Shown one piece after another: positions 48,756-60,667 of a DNA stretch of 64,000 nt. The notes beneath the pieces are model-generated. The model was not told the origin of the DNA and did no database searches. It was given only the letters and a program-made list of their open reading frames with translations. Made by a program: the position numbers and the translations under genes. Source of the DNA: Lophium mytilinum (Eukaryota). The DNA lies in assembly GCA_010093605.1 (NCBI GenBank), contig MU004197.1, positions 806,001 through 870,000 of the forward strand, written 5' to 3'. How positions within the stretch are numbered: position 1 is the first letter of the stretch; every line of letters starts with the position of its first letter.

Positions 48756-49757
48756 GCTAAAGCATCAACATCTAGCTTCTTGTTAGCCTTCAATGCCGCA
48801 GGTAGCGTGAAGAGTTAGAGGGATCATACATCACTACTGCACTAGGCTGGAAGGCGTCTTCGGGAAGGTAGAACTCAGGTTATGTTTTAGGATTTCCCAA
48901 CCAAGATTACTGGTGAGTCATTCCGAGTAGATAGATTCGATCATATTCTCCGGGCCGTCATGCAGCTGCATGCCAAGAGTGTGACGGAAACCCGGGATGA
49001 TATATCAGATTCAAACTCAACCCACTCGACTGTCCACCCACCAAACTGTTGCTCTGTGTGTCCTCTCTTGCCAATGCGTGTGGGGCTCGAGGGAAATATG
49101 AAATTTGGAACAAAGGCAAAGTTCATGACTCTGAGCAGTCTACGAACTAGCTGGGCTGCATTAAGACGCGATGTCTAGCATATCTGAAAAAATTAGGACA
49201 AGATGTAGCTTTCTTTGAAGCCTGAAAGAGGGGTCACTTCGTAGTCTTGACCGACGTTCGATCTCGCTAGGATAGCCTAAGCGTGGTTAAGTACGTCGCC
49301 CTGATGATCGAGATTGTACGGGCCGTACGATGTGATCTGTCATTCACTGATAGCAAAGTGCAGGAAAATAACGAATTACCCAGTCTCATGCAAAGGGCTT
49401 TTAAGTGAGAGACTGCTGCCTAAGAATACCCTAGGCTGGAATCTATCAGGCCGCGCTCTTTACAACTCAAAGCTTATGGCTCTAGGAAATTCCCAAGAGA
49501 TTCGCTTCACTCTATTTCACTACAAGCAACCTCTCCAATCTTCACCTGACACATTACTGACCAGTCTAGATGACGTGATCTTGCCTTAAGATCTCACTTT
49601 ATCTGACTCTAACCTGCTTCACCCTGCTTGCTTCAGCTCTTTCTTCGCTCTTAAACCTTCTTTATCTTCCAACCGGACAACCTTCCTCCTCCAACGCTCC
49701 AATCCTCCTCAACCCTGCTCTCAGTCTAGTTGATCAAAGTCGATCGAACTCATCAAG

Positions 49758-50428
49758 ATGCCGATGAACTGGACGCCCGAGGCTGATGCCAAAGTATGTT
49801 CACTCCATAACATCGCTCATTCATACTAACAAGGAGCAGTTGTTTGTGAAGGTCCTGAATGTCTCCAACATCAAGCTGAGCCAAGAAGTGCTCGATAAAA
49901 TCGCTTCTGAGATGAGCCCAGGTATGTCACCTCTGTGGAGGTCTTCAAACACACATTATCACCCAAGGACCACATCGCTAATGATGCTTTAATATTCTAG
50001 ACTGCACTGGAAGGGCCATCAAGGAGCGCATCTTCAAGCTGAAGCAGAAGGCAGCCGGCACTGGCAACTCAACCACCGCGTCGTCCACCCCTAAAGCCCC
50101 AAGGACTCCGAAGACCCCGCGATCTGGCAAAGGCCCAAAGAGCACGCCTGGTACTGGTCAGAAGCGGAAGGGTGGCAACGTCGCTGGTCCACTCAACGAT
50201 GCTGATACGGACGATGGCGAGGACCTCCAGAAGTTCGTGACTCCCTCTAAACAAAAGGTAGAATATGCCAACGAGTACGATTCCGCGGGCAGCCAGGATG
50301 ACAACGAGGAGAGCCCCTCGAAGCGCATCAAGCGCGAACCATCGAACGACTTCGAGGGCGAGTTGTGGGACGGCGGTCACAACGCGCACAACGACTTCGT
50401 CCGAGATCAGTCTGGCGACCTCTTCTAA
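49758..50428 (+). CDS. Small fungal Myb-like / low-complexity hypothetical nuclear protein (3 exons)
   Basis: MPMNWTPEADAK|LFVKVL...IASEMSP|DCTGRAIKERIFKLKQKA followed by a TP/K-rich tail. Introns have canonical signals. Confidence 0.7.
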
Positions 50429-51146
50429 GCACCTCTCTCGACGGCTGATTGGAGTACACGGCGTCTGCTTGAGAGGAGCGGGGTTTGGTGGATCGTATGG
50501 GGCGTCCTCTCTCGGATGATGCTACTTCGATAAAACCAACTTCGCCTTGGGATCATTTGGGACATTTGGGTCGGTTCTCGACTCTTTGGTTTTCATGTTA
50601 GCGTGTGATGGTTAGCGGTTTTCTTCACTCCATTCACCGCTCCAATTCTCCTATCACAACCGATGAACCTGTTCGCGGTTCAGCATTACCTGCGGAATTT
50701 GGTATGGGCAAGCTTTGTTAGGGAGAACCTTGGGATCAATTTTGGACGGACTTCTACCAGCGCGAAGCTGCGCCTCTCTCTCTATAGGCAAACAGTCAAA
50801 AGTGCTACACCTTATAATGTGCTTGATGTGATGTAACATTGCTTGGGGTCCTGCGGTGTGTCTAATGAAGCTGAAAGAGAAGTGACTTTGCTTACCCCGA
50901 ATTTAAAGGTCTGTTTGATCAATATTTTTGACTGATGTAACTTTCCGATTGGGAACCTCAATGCGCCTTGGGCCCAATCCTTGAATGATCTTTTTGATGC
51001 TTTTCAACTGTGCGTGTCAACGATACTAGTCTTTCAACTTAAAGCGGGGTGGGATCTCTTCTTCTCTCACAAATTCACTTCTCTCATACGGCTCTCCACA
51101 TCAACAAACACCTTCGAGACAATCCTACAACAAACCTTACCCCATC

Positions 51147-51914
51147 ATGACGACACCCACCATCTCTCTCATGCTCCCACCCTGCCTACCACCCCACCCA
51201 TCAACCACACTCACAATGTCGTTCCGCCGCCGGCCTCAAACCCGCGCCCGGCCGCCCAAGAGCACGCACACCCACGGGACCTACGCCTCGCCAATCACCC
51301 TCTCATCCAGCCCCTCCACGCCATCCACAGCTACTCTCCAAGCAGACACCCCCATCCATGTCCCCCCAGCGCCCTCCGACCTCATCCCCGTCCCCACCCC
51401 GCTGCCCTACAACATCCTCATCGGCCTGCGCGCCCCTCTCTTCGTCAACCGCGCCGCCGACCCCACCACCCTCCTCCCCGAGCTCCTCCGGCTCGCCGCG
51501 CTCCGCCCACAAGTCCTCGACTACACGTACGTCGGCGCCCACATCCCCTCGAACCCCGTCGTCTTCCTCTGCATCCAGGACTTCTATGGCCGGGGGCGGA
51601 GCAGCGTCGGCTTCTTCAGTCCGATGGTGGAAGAGAGTTGGTGGGAGGAGTGGGGGGATGGGGCAGCGGAGATGTTCTTTACCGAGTGTAGTGATGCGGA
51701 GTTGGCGGCGTCGGAGGTGATGGTGGCGCAGATTGGGGAGGATTGGGGGAAGCGGGGGGGTGGGGAGGCGGAGAGGGTGGAGGCTGGGTCGCAAGGGAGA
51801 GGTGGAGCGAGGTGGGATTATAGGAGGTTGCAGAGGGTTGTGGAGACGTTTTGGCATGCGAGGTTGGATGAGGCGCTGGTTACGAGGAGGCCGTGGATGT
51901 GTGGGGATGTTTAG
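51147..51914 (+). CDS. Hypothetical protein
   Basis: 255-aa ORF with strong codon periodicity. Start may be the ATG at 51216. Confidence 0.55.
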   Translation: MTTPTISLMLPPCLPPHPSTTLTMSFRRRPQTRARPPKSTHTHGTYASPITLSSSPSTPSTATLQADTPIHVPPAPSDLIPVPTPLPYNILIGLRAPLFVNRAADPTTLLPELLRLAALRPQVLDYTYVGAHIPSNPVVFLCIQDFYGRGRSSVGFFSPMVEESWWEEWGDGAAEMFFTECSDAELAASEVMVAQIGEDWGKRGGGEAERVEAGSQGRGGARWDYRRLQRVVETFWHARLDEALVTRRPWMCGDV

Positions 51915-52295
51915 GGGATGAGGGGAGATTGAGGGCGGAGGATCAAGGAAGTTGTTGGTATGTCTATGGGGATGTGGAGCTGGGGTATACTTTTGGTGTG
52001 ATTTGGAAAAGAACGGCTGGGAGAGTGGGAGGAACTTGATATCTTTCTTGGCTCACGGTGCTGACAGCCATAGTACTGTTTTGATTTACAGAAGATTGCA
52101 CTGGAGCTTAGGAGGCAGACTCTGATTTACGTTGGCTTTTCAGGCTTCTTTAGATAGCGGGCTCCCAGACTCGAGGACACATAGTATTACAAACTAGAAA
52201 ATGACTTTTGATTTTGATATGTTGTGCTACCTCGCATTGACTCGAAGGGTTTGACATGATTAAGGGGTGTTTACCGTCGATAATCTTACCATCCC

Positions 52296-53411
52296 TTACC
52301 CAGCAGCCTGCGCGGCATGGCCAGTAGTCAGCCCCAACCTTCGGGCCTCTCCGTCAACAATAGATGGGATCAAGTCAAACAGAGACTTCTCCTTCGGTTC
52401 CTAACCGAGGAGCTTCCTGGCTCTCACAGCCCTGCCCCTCGAATTCTGGCCCTAGATACCGGCTCCGTGCGGAGAAAACGACTCTGCTTCTTTGGGGGAC
52501 ACACTTTCAAGCCCTTCATTCTTGATCAGCTTCTTCTTATATGCGTCCGTTGCAATTGCCGCCGCCACATCACCCCAGACGAAGTCCCCATTCTCAGTGA
52601 AGTAGTACCCCTCCGCTCCCCAAGTTGCCGCCCCACCACCCTTCACAGCCTCTTCCACAAGTCTTAGAAAGACATTGCTAAGGTCGTGCACGTGGACCTG
52701 CGTCCACAAGTTCTGGCCGCCTTCAACTTGGAACCCCTTCCCCCTTTCCAACGTCACGCGAGACATCTCATACGCCTGGTGGCTCCTCTGATTATCCGGA
52801 CCGCGACCTGGTCCATATATCGTCGGCGGGCACACAATTGCCGTAAAGACCTTCCCAGGATGCTGCTCTCCCGCCGCCAGAACAATCTTATCCACATTCC
52901 TATGCGACGCTGCGTCCGGGAGGCTGGTGACCTCCTTTATGCCATCCCAGTCATCAAACACCTTCTCGCTTCTAATCCCATACGTGCCCTTCTCGGCGTC
53001 CCCAACCATCAGGATCCCAGTACCGGAAGTGTGGATGAAGTATCCCTTCTCGCCCGCTCCTTTCTTCGCCAGGCCAGCTATTATCGCGGCCGCAGCGCCA
53101 GGGTGGTCGGCATTGGCCCAGTGGCAGACAATGTCTGCTTTGGAAGCCTCTTCGGTGATCAGCTCGGTGCTGTCGAGATCTCCGTAGACGAGCCGGATGG
53201 ATGCATATTGGGACGCGACCTTGGCGCCTTTCTCGCTGTTGCGCACGAGGGCGGTAATGGAGTAGTCCGGGTGCGCGTGCGCGATGGCGTAGAGGGCATC
53301 GCCGCCTATGTAGCCGGTCGAGCCGGTGCTGGAGGGTTTGTTAATGGCGGGGTGATCTGGATGGAGTTGAGGTTGGAGAGAGGTCTGAGCTTACACGAAG
53401 AGCTTGGGCAT
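52296..53411 (-). CDS. NAD-dependent epimerase/dehydratase (atypical SDR, YLL056C-like) containing two in-frame TAG codons (52452-52454 and 52401-52403)
   Basis: MPKLFV|TGSTGYIGG Rossmann motif, YFIHTSGTG, IVCPPTIYG, VHVHDL. The frame continues GI*GQNSRGRAVRARKLLG*EPKEKSL...GHAAQAAG to TAA at 52296-52298. Confidence 0.85.
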
Positions 53412-54187
53412 GGTGAGACCAATCAAAGCTTGGCTGGTTTAGATGCAGGTTCAGAAGTGGATTTCGGAGGATGGATGATCACGGAGAGTGTTGCAGAGAG
53501 CACGATGGAGGAGGAGTATTTAGATGGGGAGCAGCAACCGGAGTCAGAGGGCGCAGCTACGAACTATGGCATCACTTCTACCTAGTGACGTCGCAAAAAG
53601 GGCGGCATATACCCAAAGTCCAGAGCCAATCACGAAGCGTAGGAAGGCACTACGACTGAATCAAAATATCACGTCCAGGTTTCAAATTTTTGCAATATAC
53701 GGGGAGGAGAACCGTACAGTACATCTAGCTAGGTAGACATCATCTGATTGATATTCTCGCTGTAGTTGTTCCTGCCGATCTCCGATATGTCCGAACATCT
53801 TCTTGTCCAGGGGCCCACTTCTCTCGACAATTATAACCAACTAGAACACGCATATACCGTTTCCTATGCAACAATAGGAAGCAAGCTGCAACAGACTATT
53901 CTGCAACGCAAATGCTCGCTTCTCCTCAGCCTCTTCCATACATGCCAATTTAACCTACCAACGCCAACCCTTTGACCGACAGTCCACCCCTCCCTCGTCC
54001 AATCATATGATACTGCACCAGCCATCGAGATACCTCATAAGCCAACAATCTTGGCAATAGTGCCGCTCAAGGCAACCTTATCGCATGGGAAATGAGGGGT
54101 AACTCTTTCTCAACCCCCTCAGACTGCCGTGACTGCCTCTATACAACAATTGAAGAGTCGAGATTCTGAACCTCATAATCAGCTCAA

Positions 54188-54823
54188 ATGGCCGCCGCAT
54201 GGAACTTCGTCAAAAGGCCCTTCACCGAGCCGAAAGTCACCCCAAACCGCGACAGCCGCAAGGCTGGCACCCGTAAAGGCCCCAACGGCACAGGTCTCAG
54301 CCGCGAGAAACGCGCCAAACATCTCGACGACGATGGGCTCCTTGAGAAACACGCCAATGCGTACTCCAAAGCGATGAACGATACCGGCGCCTTCTACAAC
54401 TCGTACAACAAGACGTATCAGGGTGCCAACAAGATTCTGCACAAACCACATCGTGGCATCCCCGAAGAGATCAAAACGGGTAGGACGTTACTTAGCGCTG
54501 CTGAGATGGTAGACCGCTGGGATGATAGCTTGTACCAGCATAACAGAGCGTATGACTACAAGAGGCAGCTTACGGCTCGTGGACTGCGACCTTCAGTGTC
54601 GAAGGAGAAGGAATGGGACTCTTTCTCTGAAGGGTGGAATCGGAAACGTGAGCCGATTCTGAAAGCTGTGGATAAGAATCTGGGGAAAGCTCAAAAGGGC
54701 GCGAAGCTGGCGGAGAAGCTGGCGGAGAAGCTGGCGGAGAAGCTGGCGGAGAAGCTGGACAAGGATAGGATGGAACATGATTCAGAGCAGTCAAGCAACT
54801 GGTCAGAACGTAGGTCCTCTTAG
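54188..54823 (+). CDS. Hypothetical basic protein with (KLAE)n repeat
   Basis: 211-aa ORF with a good start context; no recognisable domain. Confidence 0.55.
   Translation: MAAAWNFVKRPFTEPKVTPNRDSRKAGTRKGPNGTGLSREKRAKHLDDDGLLEKHANAYSKAMNDTGAFYNSYNKTYQGANKILHKPHRGIPEEIKTGRTLLSAAEMVDRWDDSLYQHNRAYDYKRQLTARGLRPSVSKEKEWDSFSEGWNRKREPILKAVDKNLGKAQKGAKLAEKLAEKLAEKLAEKLDKDRMEHDSEQSSNWSERRSS
54704..54758 (+). repeat. Perfect 12-bp coding minisatellite (AAGCTGGCGGAG)x4.6
   Basis: Seen directly in the sequence; encodes KLAE repeats. Confidence 0.9.
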
Positions 54824-55148
54824 TGATTAGGATTGATTCGTTGTTGGTACACGGCTGACTCCCTTTCCTAGCTCATTATACCTACACAACCTCTTGTGAC
54901 GACGACGATTATGACTACTAGCAGGATTGTTGGGATATTTCATGTTCCTACCTAAGCGTCTATCAAGCTTAGCATAAGTGCAGCTTCAGTGACCTAGGGT
55001 TTGCTTCGTTATTCCTTGTCGGAAAGACGTCATGTCCGGGGTATCCGCGTAATGTAGCATTCACTTAAAATCCTTCTCTTGACCCCGAACCAAAAGTGGT
55101 TTGACTCGTCTGCTCCATCAAGTGAAAGATCTCCGTAACTGAATCTCA

Positions 55149-57201
55149 TCACCGCCCAATCTCCCTCCTTAACCTTCCAGCCGCAGATGTCGGTGCAGGC
55201 TCCGGCCAAGACTCGACCGCATCCTCAACCTCTTCCAAGAATGACGAGCTGTTATGCACCGATGTCCCCCCTAGCACGACCCTGACTCCGGGGGAGCTGG
55301 CATTGACTTGCGCCACCATCTTGGCTTCCTCATACGTCGTCCCACCAACCATGAATACGATAATATCCTGCGGCTTGTCCTTGGTAGTTGGCCCGCCCTC
55401 CACGAACGGATAAATTTGCTGGCTTAGCCGCCCCTTGATCAAGTCTTGAAGCGTGGTCTCTAATCGAGGCGAATGCTGGGTGTAGACGTTCTCTACGCCT
55501 TTCAGTCCTTTTAAGCGGCCCCGCGCTTGGCCGAAGAGTGAGCCTGGTTGGAACAAATCGGGGATCCCACCACCCGCGACTGCTGAGTTTTGGAGGGAGT
55601 TGTGGTACGTGAGGAGTTTGGTGATCACGTTGATGCGGTGACGAGAAAGGTTTCCGGACACGCCGAGAAGATCGAGGAGCATGGGTGTTGAGTTTGCGGG
55701 GTGTTTTGAATACCGTAGTGCGTAGATGGCTGTTAGTCGAAGTTTGTTGTTTGCCGGTATCGATGGGTTCTGGATGATGCGTTGAAGGCTCTTGATAGGG
55801 TTAGTTATGAAATGATCTCTATCAGATTTCAAGGAACATACTTTGACATCGTTTGAATGATTTTCGGTGCAAGCTAAGCTCTGTTCAAGCTCACTGACAT
55901 CCAGGAGGCTTTCTTCGCCAACACGTCGACTTAACTCGCCCACAAGAGTCACATGCTTTGTTACATTACCAGATAGCTTGCGAAATTCGGGATAGTCCTC
56001 GATGAAACGCTTCATGTCCGCTATGGATTCAAGCTTCGAGGGTCCCTGGCTTTTGGACGCAAACTGTTGGACATAGTCCTTTGCGTTCTGGCCAAGGTCC
56101 CCAAAGTTTAGATACATGTTCTTCTTGAAGAACGGATCTTGGTCTTGTGAGAGCACGATTTCCTGCAAACTACATTAGTACAATTGCTTGATGATATCAC
56201 GACTCTCAGTGTCATACCTGTAGCTCTGGCCTGACCTCAGGGACGTCTTTCAAATCCACCCTACCATTATGGATACCGAGCAGTTCGTGTACCATGGCTT
56301 GGTATGTCCACTGAGTCAGCAATGGCGTGACCGGATCGTCTCTTCGGTCGACTATTAGCAGAATAGGAGGTGTGTCGGTTTTTCGGAAGTCAAATAATTG
56401 CTCCTCTTGTGTCATATGATAGCGCACTTCGGTGGCGAGCTTTTTCGATAGCAGACTGTTCTTCTCGTATCGTATCAATGCCTTCTTCTTCAAAGCAAGC
56501 AGCAATGCCATGACGCCGTCCGTAGATCGTTGCAAGGCATCTTGATTCCACTGGTCTGGACTTGTGCTCCATATCCTCTGATTAGGAAAGCCTAGATTTA
56601 GTGACATCAAGTCAGGATTGATAACAAGGAAGTCCGCAAAGTACTCCTGAACAGCGCGGACAACCTCGTGGTCATCTGCCTCAGCCAAGCGCTCGAGAGA
56701 GGACTTCTTTATGATATTGCTAAAGTCTTTCTCAGTCAGAAATAGCCCCAAGTTGTATTGCATTTGACAGAGCTTCCTTACATATGTTGTATTCGCCGTA
56801 TTTGGGATCTCGTAGCTCCTCAATCAAGTTCTGTATTGATTCAGACGTCGGTCGAACAAAGCACAGGCAGCGTAGATGTCGCATCTTTTCACGTGTTTGG
56901 TTTTCCAATCGGCTAGGACAGCAGGTCAGAGGGAGGGACGTATCGTAGTGTATAGTGGGGCGTACTCGGTGAGGTAGACTTCATGGTTGAGGAGGGCGGA
57001 TTGGGTCGTTGCCGTCGAGACTATGGACACCTATAAGGTGTAAGAATGGTTACTCAGAGCTATACACGAAATAGTTGACAAACCTACCGTTTCGCTATCC
57101 AGCAACAATATCTTCATCTTCGCGGCGGAGGTGCCTGCAGCGCTGTCCCCGGCCGACACCATCTTGGTGATGTAGCCGGAGACGGCTTGAACGATGTCCA
57201 T
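55149..57201 (-). CDS. VPS45: Sec1/Munc18-family vacuolar sorting protein Vps45 (multi-exon)
   Basis: KMKILLLDSET, TQSALLNHEVYL, EKMRHLRCLCFVRPT, LERLAEADDHEVV, DRRDDPVTPLLTQWTYQAMVHELLGI, ENVYTQHSP, VFMVGGTTYEEAK. Confidence 0.95.
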
Positions 57202-57528
57202 GGTGAAGGTGAGGCTAATGAGAGCTCAAGTGGAGCTTTCTGGGTGGTTAACCTGTGTCTTGGAAAGCTGCAGGCCCCATGCCGCCGTACGTATTGACGA
57301 GGTTCACTCGTGCCTGGAGCGCGCTGGGATGCTATGACCTCGAATTAAGCAGTGTTTTAGCGTTCTCGATTTAACCACCCCCGTTCCTCATCTCCACCAC
57401 TCCGTCTTCATACCGAACTTCAACCCAAGGCTTCAATCAACCATATTTGACCTTTCCAAATTCCTCGTGTAGAAAGCGTATATCGCAATAGCTAGGTAGA
57501 CTGCAGACCTATTCAAGATCCACTAGTA

Positions 57529-57755
57529 CAGTAACAGGCCATAAGTCTAGGCACACTAGCTCGACACCGCATGGGGTCCCCCTACAGGATTTCGAAGATC
57601 TAAGGGTGATATCGAGCTTCAAGCAGTGCAGATTAGACTCCCTCTTAACTAATTAGCTGCTCAACAGCCAGGGTACCCCCGACAGTAGTGTCGCGTGAGC
57701 AAGTTGGAGCCAAGCTGTAATGAGTCTATGTGCCCAGACTTGTGGCTTACTACTG
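57529..57755. mobile_element. 227-bp Tc1/mariner-type MITE, copy 2 (intergenic, between VPS45 and the GST gene)
   Basis: TA|CAGT...ACTG|TA termini. The reverse complement matches 47873-48099 (e.g. ACAGCTTGGCTCCAACTTGCTCAC, CCCCATGCGGTGTCGAGCTAGTGTGCC). Confidence 0.85.
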
Positions 57756-58143
57756 TAGGTATGCACTAATCCCCAGTCCCTTCGCGAGTACGATCTCCTA
57801 CCTCACAACCCTGTAGGCGTGCTTACTGTAAGACTCCTTCGGGGTATAATAGCCTGGCAAACCACTCTCTGAGTCCAGCATATTCCACTAGGGGATCTTT
57901 GTCATACGTCCCGCAGATACACGGACTGTCAGGCGTGCCCTAAGCCACTGGGGAATAAACTCATCAAGTGAGCAAAACCTTGCAGCAAAAAAGGTCAAAT
58001 GTCCTGCTGCGTCCGCAATTCTAGCGATTCTCGTAGCGTATGTTGCAACCAAGGGCAACCTCTCGTTACGCTCAGACCTTGACCTATGAGATAGCCACCA
58101 CTACGACATTCCAACGTCACATTTCGAAGCTGGATAGGCTGTT

Positions 58144-58899
58144 ATGGAACAGACAATAGCAACCGAGTCCGCTCAACGTGAGGCACTCACGCTACACCAC
58201 CTCAGCTCCTCCCAGTCCTTTCGCGTTCTATGGGCTCTAGAGGAGCTCTCTGCGGCGCACGGCCTGCAATACACCATTCGGTGCTATAAGCGCATCAACG
58301 GCCTCGCGCCCCCAGAGATGAAGAAGATCCATCCTTTAGGCAAGTCGCCTATTCTCGTCGTAGACGGCCAGTCTCCCTTAGAGCATACAGTCCGAGTGGA
58401 AAGCAGGTTGATACTACGGTGGCTCTCCGAAACTTACGAAGTGGGTATGTGGACCCCCAAAACTGCACAAGATAGCGCCCGGGACGCTCTGTGGGAAGAA
58501 TTTGGAGTTTCAACACTTAACACCATCGTCAACTTGGCTCTGTCGTTTGAAGCTGTTCCCCCAGCTCTCCCGTTCTACATCCGCCCCATATTTTCCAGTT
58601 TCTGCTACGCCATAGCCAATTTCCACCTGCAGAAGCTGGGTCCAGGGCTTGCATTGATGGAAGACGTCCTGACAGATGAGCGACCTTGGTTTGCGGGTCC
58701 AAAGTTGGGCTTGAGTGATATCAACCTGGTCTGGCCGATAGATGTCGCAAGCCAACGAGGGTGGTTCGATGCAAAGCAGTTCCCGAAGGTAGCAGCGTGG
58801 CATCAGAGGATCCATGAGCGGCCAGCGTACAAGAGGGCGTTGGAGAAAGGGGGGTCGTACGACCTTATCACGTTCGATTACCCGAAGAGATGGCTGTAG
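58144..58899 (+). CDS. Glutathione S-transferase (Gtt1-like)
   Basis: LTLHHLSSSQSFRVLWALEEL, APPEMKKIHPLGKSPIL, ESRLIL, WFAGPKLGLSDI, RIHERPAYKRALEKG. Confidence 0.9.
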   Translation: MEQTIATESAQREALTLHHLSSSQSFRVLWALEELSAAHGLQYTIRCYKRINGLAPPEMKKIHPLGKSPILVVDGQSPLEHTVRVESRLILRWLSETYEVGMWTPKTAQDSARDALWEEFGVSTLNTIVNLALSFEAVPPALPFYIRPIFSSFCYAIANFHLQKLGPGLALMEDVLTDERPWFAGPKLGLSDINLVWPIDVASQRGWFDAKQFPKVAAWHQRIHERPAYKRALEKGGSYDLITFDYPKRWL

Positions 58900-59542
58900 C
58901 CTGATTGTTCGTGCTGGGAAGAAGAGCGCCGTATTCATAGACAGAAGACTGCAATAATAGAGCTCGGAGGCTTTCAACCTCGCTCGTTTTCGCTACAAAC
59001 GCAGAGATTCTTTGCAGTTTTAGATGATGGCATTCTCAAGGGCGTGTCTTGGACGCGGGATTTTAAGGAATCTCATTGACGATAATGAGACTGTGTTCTC
59101 TAGATCCATTACCAATAGGGGAGCGGATATCAAGCTTATCCCGTGTCCCTCTTGACAGCCTTATGCCACCGTCAGGAGGACCCCAGCTACTAAGTCGCCG
59201 CGCAATCAAAAGGTTGCCCAAATCGCAGGGTCACAGATTTTACATTTCCTCAGTTTTACCCTTCTCAATACCCATACCACATTTTCACATTACCGTATGA
59301 TAATGATCTCAACCTGACTCCAAAACGCTGCACTGTGGAAGGATTGCTTGATTCGATCTCCACGATCTCCACGATCTCCGGGGCCCACCTAAGCGCTAGT
59401 AGGGCTTAGGTGCACAGCCTTGCGCTCCGCCTCGTAACAACTACACAACTACCAAATGCTGCCTGCCATCTCCTGCTACAATGCGAGACTACGATCCTAG
59501 GACTGTATTGAATCGCAACCACTCGCCCGATCTATACCCACC

Positions 59543-60667
59543 ATGAACGCGGATACTATATCGACGACGGGGGACGAAAATGACACCGGAAGTTTCCGGA
59601 CTCCACTCCAGTTGATTATCAAGACCATCGTTACCCACGGATTCGCTCTGGCATGCTATTGCTACACATCCAACCTTCTACGCCGGCCACTTCGTAATAA
59701 CATCTTTGTCCTACGCGTCCTATTCTTCGCGTTTGTTCCCACCCTACCGCTCGTGGAACTGGTCGTGTCTGCCATCAGGTCTTTGGCCCAGTTCGTACGA
59801 AACTACGAGGACGATGATGAAATCCACCTCTGGTACTATATATGCGGTGCTCTCGGCGTGAATGCCACGCTCTCCCAATCCGACGACAATAAAGACACCA
59901 AGGCTGCTTCGAACAACCTCCTCCTTCTTCAAGCCGGAAGCCATTTCGTCGAGCGAACACGGTACAAACTGGATGTTACTTGGTTTGGAAAGCTATTAGC
60001 TGCCCTGTTCGGGCTCACTCAGGCAGTCGGTGCAACTGTAATGTACGTGCGACGACTTAAGCATGATAACTACTACGTCTTTGGTTTCGACCACCGCAAT
60101 GGTGGAATGGGCATTGCGTCCACCATCTGCGGCGCCATCAGCATCATCGTTATCTTACTACGGCTTGAATGGAAAGTCAGTAAGTCATTCGAGGCCCCAG
60201 CAGTCTCGCGAACGCCGTCGTCAAAGACACAGTTTGTAGCCGAAGCCGTTCTGGCGCTGCTCACTCATCTTGGAATCGCCTGTTTGTTTGGTAGCCGCCA
60301 CAACCGATTTCTTTACTCTTCGGTTGGATCAATCGCGTGGCTTTTTACTAAGAACCTGAAAGTGTTCCTGTACACCTGGCAATCGATGTTACTCCTCATA
60401 TTTCTATTCATATTCCGGGAAGAAATCGCGAGAAGGATTGGTTTAAACTTTCCTTCGGTCGGGAAAAGAATCCAGGCTATGTTTGCCAGTCGACAATTCA
60501 AAAGAGTCCAAGCCTTGGTCTTGTTTTGTTTAGTCCTATGGGTTATTGTGGATATTATCTGGCTATTCGTTTCCGATGTCATTAAGCTGGTGCAAGAAAG
60601 TCATCATTCTGACCCGAGTGGTTGGTGGTGGCAGGATCCTATATCAGATTCTATAATAGTAATATGA
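59543..60667 (+). CDS. Multi-pass membrane protein of unknown function
   Basis: 374-aa ORF with about 7-8 hydrophobic segments and a C-terminal WWWQDP. Confidence 0.7.
   Translation: MNADTISTTGDENDTGSFRTPLQLIIKTIVTHGFALACYCYTSNLLRRPLRNNIFVLRVLFFAFVPTLPLVELVVSAIRSLAQFVRNYEDDDEIHLWYYICGALGVNATLSQSDDNKDTKAASNNLLLLQAGSHFVERTRYKLDVTWFGKLLAALFGLTQAVGATVMYVRRLKHDNYYVFGFDHRNGGMGIASTICGAISIIVILLRLEWKVSKSFEAPAVSRTPSSKTQFVAEAVLALLTHLGIACLFGSRHNRFLYSSVGSIAWLFTKNLKVFLYTWQSMLLLIFLFIFREEIARRIGLNFPSVGKRIQAMFASRQFKRVQALVLFCLVLWVIVDIIWLFVSDVIKLVQESHHSDPSGWWWQDPISDSIIVI

Noticed and set aside
52296..52454. Genome-wide reassignment of TAG to an amino acid
   Set aside because: TAG is the normal terminator of conserved genes in this window (RBX1, CDC34, MSW1, ALR1-like, GST).
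52686..53585. 299-aa plus-strand ORF
   Set aside because: Antisense shadow of the epimerase gene; no recognisable domain.
59353..59379. Short 9-bp repeat (CGATCTCCA)x3; also an 18-bp duplication near 20392-20424
   Set aside because: Ordinary slippage-type microrepeats with no further support for function.
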